This document shows positions 26,126 to 32,000 of a DNA stretch of 32,000 bases, one piece after another; position 1 is the stretch's first letter, and each line of letters begins with the position of its first letter. Made by a program: the position numbers and the translations under genes. The DNA is from Moraxella nasicaprae (GTDB lineage Bacteria > Pseudomonadota > Gammaproteobacteria > Pseudomonadales > Moraxellaceae), in the NCBI RefSeq assembly GCF_025643275.1, contig NZ_CP089977.1, positions 60,001-92,000 on the forward strand, written 5' to 3'. The notes beneath the pieces were generated by a model. It saw only the letters and a program-made list of their open reading frames with translations. It did not search any database and was not told the DNA's origin.

Positions 26126-27592
26126 CTAGTTATCTTTTGGCAAGATGATGGTTGGCTTGATTGCCCCAACGGTTACAATCACAAAATTATTTGGGATAAT
26201 AAAGTGTCTTAGTGCCGCATTCACACTATCCAAAGTCGCTCTATCAATTCGCTCAAAACGGGTGTGTAGATGGTCTTTGGGATAGCCGCCAAAAAAAGTT
26301 GCCGATATCGCATCATGCACGCCAGCGTGATTGGCAAAACGGGCTGGATACGCATTTTTAGTGCCAGCTTTCTCCAAATCCAGCTCACGCTGAGTGATGC
26401 CTGATGACAAAACCTCATCAATGGTCGCCAAAGTATCATTGATGGCTGCGGTGGCTTCTTCATTTTTGGTGCTAAAACCAATGCTGTACACGCTTCTTTG
26501 GTCATTGTACGATAGACTGCCACTGATACCATAGGTGTAGCCTTTTTTGACCCTGATTGCTTGTGTCAAACGAGCATTAAAATCCCCACCTGCCAGCACT
26601 GCATTGCCCATCACAAAATCGCTATATTGTCTGATTGCCTGTTGATTGATGGGTACAGCAGGAGCGATACCACCGATGATGATTTGCGTCTGAGTGCTTG
26701 GATAATCAATGTGATGATGAATGGGCGTGGGTGCTTGATGAGCTTTGACTTTCTCGGCTTTTTTGCCATTTTTTAGCCCACGACTGATGCGGTTGGCAAG
26801 CGTTTTGGCTTCTTCGAGCGTCAAATCGCCTGTGATGGCAAGTTTGGCGTTTTGAACAACCAAAAATCTATCCACAAAAGCAAATAATTCATCTTGGCTT
26901 AGCAGGTCGATTTTTTTGATGTCATCATCATAGGCGTGCGGATTGTTTTGCTCCATGATGCCATTAAAGGCACGAGTCGCCAAAAATTTGGGCGATGCCT
27001 CATTGGCCTGATAAGCGACTTTCAAGCGTGCTTTATTACGAGCCAAAATCTTCTCATCAAATCTAGGATTGCGATACGCATCAAGCATCAAATCCACCGC
27101 CTCATCAAGCTGAGTACCATCTTTGATGATGCGTAAATCAATGTCAAAACTTTCACGCTCTACCGAGCTGGATAAGGACATCGCCAGCTGGTCGGCTTTT
27201 TCGTAGAAGGCTTCTTCGTCCAAAGTTTTGGTACCTTGTGTCATCATGGCAGACACCATCATGGCAATCTCGCCATCTGCCCCTCTTCGAATCAGCTCAT
27301 CATGCCCACTGCCTGCGTCAAACCCCAAACTAATATCCACAATCGGCAGATGGTGCATGGCAGTAAACACCACAGGAACACCATCATCGGTGCTAAAATA
27401 CTGGCTTTGGGGAATGTTCAGCGACAGCTCGCCCAACTGATTGACACCACTAAATTTGGACAAGTAGTCGCTCATTTGTGTTGGCTGGCTTGTTTGAGCG
27501 ATGCGATTGGCATGGGCGATACTGGTGCTGGCAGCGATGGCTAAGCACAGCAATGATTTGGCACATTGACAAAATAAAGTGTTCTTACTCAT
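26126..27592 (-). CDS. Exported M16-family peptidase, non-catalytic-type subunit (no HxxEH)
   Basis: Two-domain insulinase/PqqL-like layout, 17 nt downstream of the HxxEH-containing paralogue with its own AAGGA SD. Sec signal MSKNTLFCQCAKSLLCLAIAASTSIAHA|N. The zinc-motif position reads GSGHDELIRRG. Confidence 0.75.
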   Translation of the reverse strand: MSKNTLFCQCAKSLLCLAIAASTSIAHANRIAQTSQPTQMSDYLSKFSGVNQLGELSLNIPQSQYFSTDDGVPVVFTAMHHLPIVDISLGFDAGSGHDELIRRGADGEIAMMVSAMMTQGTKTLDEEAFYEKADQLAMSLSSSVERESFDIDLRIIKDGTQLDEAVDLMLDAYRNPRFDEKILARNKARLKVAYQANEASPKFLATRAFNGIMEQNNPHAYDDDIKKIDLLSQDELFAFVDRFLVVQNAKLAITGDLTLEEAKTLANRISRGLKNGKKAEKVKAHQAPTPIHHHIDYPSTQTQIIIGGIAPAVPINQQAIRQYSDFVMGNAVLAGGDFNARLTQAIRVKKGYTYGISGSLSYNDQRSVYSIGFSTKNEEATAAINDTLATIDEVLSSGITQRELDLEKAGTKNAYPARFANHAGVHDAISATFFGGYPKDHLHTRFERIDRATLDSVNAALRHFIIPNNFVIVTVGAIKPTIILPKDN

Positions 27593-27609
27593 GTATGTAT
27601 CCTTTGAAA

Positions 27610-29040
27610 TTATTTTTTATCATCGACAGGTTTGGCTTTGGGTAAAACATACATGACGGACAGATTGTCTTTGGTCAGGTATTTTTTGATGACACGCTGA
27701 ATGTCAGTTGTCCCAATCTGTGCTAACAATTTGGGCATTTTTTCTGGTGTATCTAGCCCCAATCCCATCACGGCAAGCTGACCAAGACTTCTGGCTTGTC
27801 CTGTGATGCTGTCATTACGAAGTATGAGTGCTGCTTTTAGACCAACCTGCCCTCGCTGCAATTCATGCGGTGCAATCTGACCATAAGCCAATTCATCAAT
27901 CTGTGCCAAAATCGCCGATGAAACCTCATCAAGGCTAACCCCCTCTCGTGGCGTTGCCGAAATCATCAACACACCATCACCAAAATCATGAGCATCATAA
28001 TGAACATTGATTTGGCTGACCATCTGCTTGTTTCTCAATAGATTTTTTCTTAGTCTTGCCGACTGACTACCGTTGAGCAAATCCGACACCAGCTCCAACG
28101 CATAGGCCTCTTTTGCATCTGTGGTGGCGATGGTGGGTGTATTAAATGCCATCAACAAACTTGGCACAGTCACTTGTTGATGGCTAATGATGTGCTGATA
28201 GCCACGATGCGATTTTTGATGGAGTGATGGTCTTTTTGGCATGGGACGACTTGGCAAATGGGCAAAATATTTTTGCACCCAATGCTTGGCTTCATCAACA
28301 TTCACACCGCCCACAATCACCAAGACAGCATTATTGGCATAATAATAAGTATCGTACCATGCCTGCAAATCCGCTTTATTTAGCCCTTCTATCTCATTCA
28401 TGTAGCCAATGATAGGGCGAGCATTGTTGTTATCTGGAAATAAAGCAGGAGCAAATTCTTCAAATGCCTTTGCCATCGGGCTGTCATCGGTTCGCTGACG
28501 ACGCTCCTCTTTGACGACCTCTTTTTCTTTGGCAAGTTTTTCATCATCAAACACCAATCCACGCATACGATTGGATTCAATTTCCAGCCCTAGCGGATAT
28601 TGGTTGGCAGGCAATAATTGATAATAACTGGTGTAATTGCTGGTGGTAAAAGCATTTCTTGAACCACCAACCTGACTGACAATTTGATCATAAACATCGC
28701 CATCAATCCCTGCACTGTCTTTGAACATCATATGCTCCAAAAAGTGCGATAGACCGCCTTTACCAACAGGCTCATCATTTGAGCCAACCTTATACCAAAT
28801 TTGGGTCATGACCAAAGGCGATTTTTGTGGCTTAATAATGACCCTTAACCCATTATCAAGCGTATAATCCACCACCTGCTGTTTGTGATGATTTTGGTGT
28901 GTATCTTGGGCGGTTTTGCTTGGCGTGTGGTAGCTTAGCTGCTGTGTGGCTGGCGTGGTGCAAGCCAATAATGACAATGCAGAACCAGCAATCAATCCCA
29001 AAGCGGTGGTTTTGGCAAATGAAATTGGTTTTGATGGCAT
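27610..29040 (-). CDS. Exported M16-family zinc peptidase, catalytic-type subunit, lipoprotein
   Basis: Inverted zinc motif HFLEH (GGLSHFLEHMMFKDS) with downstream EKEVVKEER glutamates. The signal peptide ends in the lipobox LLAC. SD AAGGAT lies 3 nt before the ATG. Confidence 0.85.
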   Translation of the reverse strand: MPSKPISFAKTTALGLIAGSALSLLACTTPATQQLSYHTPSKTAQDTHQNHHKQQVVDYTLDNGLRVIIKPQKSPLVMTQIWYKVGSNDEPVGKGGLSHFLEHMMFKDSAGIDGDVYDQIVSQVGGSRNAFTTSNYTSYYQLLPANQYPLGLEIESNRMRGLVFDDEKLAKEKEVVKEERRQRTDDSPMAKAFEEFAPALFPDNNNARPIIGYMNEIEGLNKADLQAWYDTYYYANNAVLVIVGGVNVDEAKHWVQKYFAHLPSRPMPKRPSLHQKSHRGYQHIISHQQVTVPSLLMAFNTPTIATTDAKEAYALELVSDLLNGSQSARLRKNLLRNKQMVSQINVHYDAHDFGDGVLMISATPREGVSLDEVSSAILAQIDELAYGQIAPHELQRGQVGLKAALILRNDSITGQARSLGQLAVMGLGLDTPEKMPKLLAQIGTTDIQRVIKKYLTKDNLSVMYVLPKAKPVDDKK

Positions 29041-29062
29041 ATGTTATCCTTGACACTCATTG

Positions 29063-29077
29063 ATGATGATTCATCAT
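29063..29077. promoter_or_regulatory. Perfect 7-1-7 palindrome in the M16 peptidase leader/promoter (candidate operator)
   Basis: ATGATGA-T-TCATCAT (29063-29077), with a third TCATCAT heptamer at 29084-29090. It lies 23-50 nt upstream of the peptidase ATG. Confidence 0.3.
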
Positions 29078-29240
29078 AACAAATCATCATGATAGATACA
29101 ATATTCTATTATTTGATAAAAACCAATCAAACCTCATGGCACAAGCCATCAAAGACCACCTGACATATCACCACCTCGTCATTGCACCAAACTGACGATT
29201 GATAAGCCTGCACGAGTAGCAACACCAAATCCCAAAAATA

Positions 29241-29249
29241 TGCTATAAT
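29241..29249 (+). promoter_or_regulatory. Candidate extended -10 promoter of tolQRAB
   Basis: TGCTATAAT lies 37 nt upstream of the tolQ ATG. Confidence 0.45.
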
Positions 29250-29285
29250 GAGCAAAAAATTTCTATCCAAATTCATCGCACTTTT

Positions 29286-29951
29286 ATGACAAATTCCATC
29301 AATATACTACATCTAATCAGTCAGGCCAGCCTAGTGGTGCAACTGATTATGGCTTTTTTGTTGATTTTATCCATCATCAGTTGGGTGCTGATTTTTGTAC
29401 TCAGCGGTCGTTTGGGGCAAGCCCTAAAATTTGACAACCGCTTTGATGAATGGCTGTGGTCGGACGACTTACCCAAACAGTTTGCCATTGTCCAAAACGA
29501 ACCACATAAAAGCGGCTTGGAGCAGTTATTTTTTGATGCCTATCAAAAATATCAACAACAACCCTCAAACCATGCCAACAGCATTGCCATCACCGAACGC
29601 ACGCTGTCATCTGCCCTAAATAAACAACAGCAAGAGCTAGAATACGGTCTGCCATTGCTTGCCAGTATTGGTTCTGTCGCTCCTTATATTGGTCTATTAG
29701 GGACGGTTTGGGGGATTATGAATGCCTTTATTGGACTATCACAGTCAGCATCTGTCAGCCTTGCTACGGTCGCCCCTAGCATTGCCGAAGCCCTGATTGC
29801 AACCGCCTTAGGCTTATTCGTTGCCATTCCAGCCTCTGCCTCATTTAACATACTGACTGCCAAAGCCAGTAGCATTTATGAAAGACGCAGTGTATTTGGC
29901 GAACGCCTACTTGCCCAACTGATGAGCTTGCCTGCGGACAAATCGTCATGA
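29286..29951 (+). CDS. tolQ: Tol-Pal system protein TolQ (MotA/TolQ/ExbB proton channel)
   Basis: Three TM segments and the conserved LASIGSVAPYIGLLGTVWGIMNAF and APSIAEALIATALGL motifs. First gene of the tolQRAB order. Confidence 0.92.
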   Translation: MTNSINILHLISQASLVVQLIMAFLLILSIISWVLIFVLSGRLGQALKFDNRFDEWLWSDDLPKQFAIVQNEPHKSGLEQLFFDAYQKYQQQPSNHANSIAITERTLSSALNKQQQELEYGLPLLASIGSVAPYIGLLGTVWGIMNAFIGLSQSASVSLATVAPSIAEALIATALGLFVAIPASASFNILTAKASSIYERRSVFGERLLAQLMSLPADKSS

Positions 29952-30382
29952 TGAAGCAATCATTTCATAGACCACATCGAAAAACAAAGCTCAATGGCGA
30001 GATGAATGTCGTGCCGTACATTGATGTGATGCTCGTCTTGCTCATCATCTTTATGGTGGCAGCACCGATGCTGACCACAGGTGTTGATGTCTCTTTACCC
30101 AAAGAGGCAACCAGCACCATTGACACCAAAGACGCCCTGCCCATCATCATCAGCATGAATCGGTCAGGCAACCTATTTGTCAGTCATCAAGATGGCTTAG
30201 ATGAACCAATGTCGCTATCACAGCTGATGCCATTTTTGCAGGCAGCATTTGCCAAAAACAACCAAATACAAGTCCTCATCAATGCCGATGGGCAAAATAG
30301 CTACAATGACATCATGCAAGTCATGGCGTTGGTTCAAAATGCTGGCATTGACCATGTCAGCCTATTAAGCGAGCCAAAATAA
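29948..30382 (+). CDS. tolR: Tol-Pal system protein TolR (ExbD/TolR)
   Basis: EMNVVPYIDVMLVLLIIFMV contains the conserved Asp in the single TM. ATGA overlap with tolQ. Confidence 0.92.
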   Translation: MMKQSFHRPHRKTKLNGEMNVVPYIDVMLVLLIIFMVAAPMLTTGVDVSLPKEATSTIDTKDALPIIISMNRSGNLFVSHQDGLDEPMSLSQLMPFLQAAFAKNNQIQVLINADGQNSYNDIMQVMALVQNAGIDHVSLLSEPK

Positions 30383-30384
30383 GT

Positions 30385-31146
30385 ATGAAACACGCTGCAT
30401 TATGGCTCCCAATCTTACTAAGTTTACTGATTCATGCGGTGCTGGCTGTGTTGCTCTTTGTGCCGTTTTCATCGTCATACGACAGCCAGCCTACGATGGC
30501 AACACTCATCAATCCAGATGAGTTTGCCGCTGCCAAAGCTCGGCTAAACGCTCATCATCAGCCAAACCAAACCACGCCACAAACTCAGACTCGCCAAAAT
30601 CCTGATAGAGCTTGGCAAGCCTCTGATTATCAGCCTGTCAAATACAGCCAAAGTCAGATTGCCAGCACACCATCTAATGTCACGCCAACCGATTTTGGAC
30701 AAACCCATGAGTCTAGCTACACACCCCCAGTCATGGACGAGATGAGTCAGATGGATAATCAGATGACTCAAAGCCAACTTGGGCAAGCTAAAAACCAAAC
30801 CAAACAAACGGCGTCAGATGGAGAGTCATTGAACTTGGATAATCTTGGGCAGACTCAGCCAGCCGCCACACCAAAAGTGGACATTGCACAAGCTCAGGCT
30901 GCGATTAACGCACGCATTGAGTCGATTTGGGCAAGTCACCCAAATCAGCCCAATCAGGCAATCAAACTTAGTGTATCGCTTGATGATGGCGGTCAGGTCA
31001 TTGGTATTAGCGTGCGTGCAGGACATCAAGACCTACTCCCTGCTGCCGAAGCCACGATACGAGCTGCCGCTCCATTCAGCGAACTTGCAGGCGTGAAAAA
31101 CTCTTTTGTCATCAATCTGGTTACCACCCAAGAAATCGCCCAATAA
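30385..31146 (+). CDS. tolA: Tol-Pal system protein TolA (short, Gln/Thr/Pro-rich linker)
   Basis: The N-terminal TM is LWLPILLSLLIHAVLAVLLFV, with the conserved SHLS-type His context. There is a low-complexity middle region and a C-terminal TolA/TonB-like domain (INARIESIW...VSLDDGGQVIGISV). Position is between tolR and tolB. Confidence 0.8.
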   Translation: MKHAALWLPILLSLLIHAVLAVLLFVPFSSSYDSQPTMATLINPDEFAAAKARLNAHHQPNQTTPQTQTRQNPDRAWQASDYQPVKYSQSQIASTPSNVTPTDFGQTHESSYTPPVMDEMSQMDNQMTQSQLGQAKNQTKQTASDGESLNLDNLGQTQPAATPKVDIAQAQAAINARIESIWASHPNQPNQAIKLSVSLDDGGQVIGISVRAGHQDLLPAAEATIRAAAPFSELAGVKNSFVINLVTTQEIAQ

Positions 31147-31169
31147 CAAAACATGACCGAGCATTAACC

Positions 31170-32000
31170 ATGAAACATTACTCAATCTTCTTATTTAGTA
31201 CCATCTTGCTGGCAACTCATCATACATCAGCATGGGCAGATTCTGATGAAATCATCGTCAGCAAGGCAGGCGTTGCCAGTCCTCACCAAATCGCCATCGT
31301 GCCATTTATTGGAGATGCGTTTGGAGCATATCAGACCATCACAACCAACCTAAACAGCACCGAATTGGGGGCAAACAGCCAAAATCTGCCCCAAAAAACC
31401 GCCTCAACACAGGCAATTTTTAGCGATTTGACCACTTGGCGAAACTTAGGCTATCGCTATGTGGTTGTCGGGCAAGCACATTCAATCGCTGGCAACAAAA
31501 TCGCCATCAGTCATGAGATTATTGATACGCATGGCGAAAAAACCTTGGGCGGTAAACAAACTCAGATTAGCGACAACAATCCAACCGTCATTCAAGCCGC
31601 CACACACCAAATCAGCAATCAGATTTATCAAAAAATCACAGGCAATTTGGCAGATTTTGGAACAAAAATCGCCTATGTCGAAAAAACAGGCGAACAAGCC
31701 ACGCTAATAGTCACAGACACACAAGGCAAGCAAAGTCATCGTTTGTTTAGCGTCAAAGGCACTATCCAAAATCCTGCATTTTCGCCAGATGGCACAAAAA
31801 TTGCATATAGCGTTCAGCAAGATGGTGCTTTGCCAGTCATTTATTTACAATCACTACAAGGTGGCGATGCTCGCATCATTACACCATTTTGGGGGCATAA
31901 TCTATCGCCATCATTCTCGCCAGATGGTCATGCTGTGATATTTTCAGGCAGCCACGATGACAACAACCCCAACATTTATCGTTTGGACTTACTTGCCAAT
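31170..32000 (+). CDS. tolB: Tol-Pal system beta-propeller protein TolB, N-terminal part (3' end outside window)
   Basis: I translated this frame by hand; it is open from ATG 31170 to the window end. Signal peptide MKHYSIFLFSTILLATHHTSAWA|D. N-terminal domain (QIAIVPF), then the propeller repeats PAFSPDGTKIAY and PSFSPDGHAVIF. Confidence 0.9.
   Translation, partial: MKHYSIFLFSTILLATHHTSAWADSDEIIVSKAGVASPHQIAIVPFIGDAFGAYQTITTNLNSTELGANSQNLPQKTASTQAIFSDLTTWRNLGYRYVVVGQAHSIAGNKIAISHEIIDTHGEKTLGGKQTQISDNNPTVIQAATHQISNQIYQKITGNLADFGTKIAYVEKTGEQATLIVTDTQGKQSHRLFSVKGTIQNPAFSPDGTKIAYSVQQDGALPVIYLQSLQGGDARIITPFWGHNLSPSFSPDGHAVIFSGSHDDNNPNIYRLDLLAN

Noticed and set aside
29061-29092. Possible Fur box in TGATGATGATTCATCATAAC upstream of the M16 peptidase.
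   Set aside because: It matches only about 12 of 19 positions of GATAATGATAATCATTATC, and the ATAAT/ATTAT cores are replaced by ATGAT/ATCAT. I keep it only as a generic palindrome in the findings.
1-32000. Scan for CRISPR repeats, tRNA/rRNA signatures (for example GGTTCGAATCC-type T-arms), IS terminal repeats with transposase ORFs, integrases, phage genes, toxin-antitoxin pairs or defence-system hallmarks.
   Set aside because: None was found. Every ORF longer than 200 aa is accounted for by a housekeeping family or by the two hypothetical proteins reported. No regularly spaced direct repeats were seen. This was a by-eye scan, so short or degenerate elements could have been missed.

Overview
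This window reads as conserved chromosomal backbone of a moderately AT-rich Gram-negative gammaproteobacterium. Codon usage and gene set suggest a Moraxella-like member of the Moraxellaceae, but that is inference only. I annotate 26 protein genes. They are: the 3' part of rluB; a class Ia ribonucleotide reductase split into nrdA and a convergent nrdB-yfaE-orf233 operon; a DUF481-type outer-membrane protein; ybaB-recR-rnd; metZ; the sulfate ABC transporter cysP-cysT-cysW-cysA, in which cysA lacks the usual C-terminal regulatory domain; an orphan 256-aa protein; cydDC; a secreted alanine-racemase-fold enzyme of the broad-spectrum type; a long FabH-like KAS III; hrpA; two exported M16 peptidases; and tolQ-tolR-tolA with the 5' part of tolB. 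Most transcription units are bounded by clear stem-loop/T-tract terminators, and several carry extended -10 promoters (TGnTAnAAT). I saw no rRNA, tRNA, CRISPR array, IS/transposase, integrase, phage gene, or recognisable defence or toxin-antitoxin module. I therefore cannot point to a convincing novel multi-gene system. The best leads are all of modest interest: (1) an unknown signal-anchored protein translationally coupled to the RNR ferredoxin gene; (2) a domain-less CysA followed by an orphan 256-aa protein whose candidate promoter sits in the loop of the upstream hairpin; (3) a terminator-insulated periplasmic racemase with a structured leader; (4) operator-like inverted repeats in front of the KAS III gene and the M16 peptidase operon. 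All functional calls rest on motif and sequence recognition by eye and need database confirmation.
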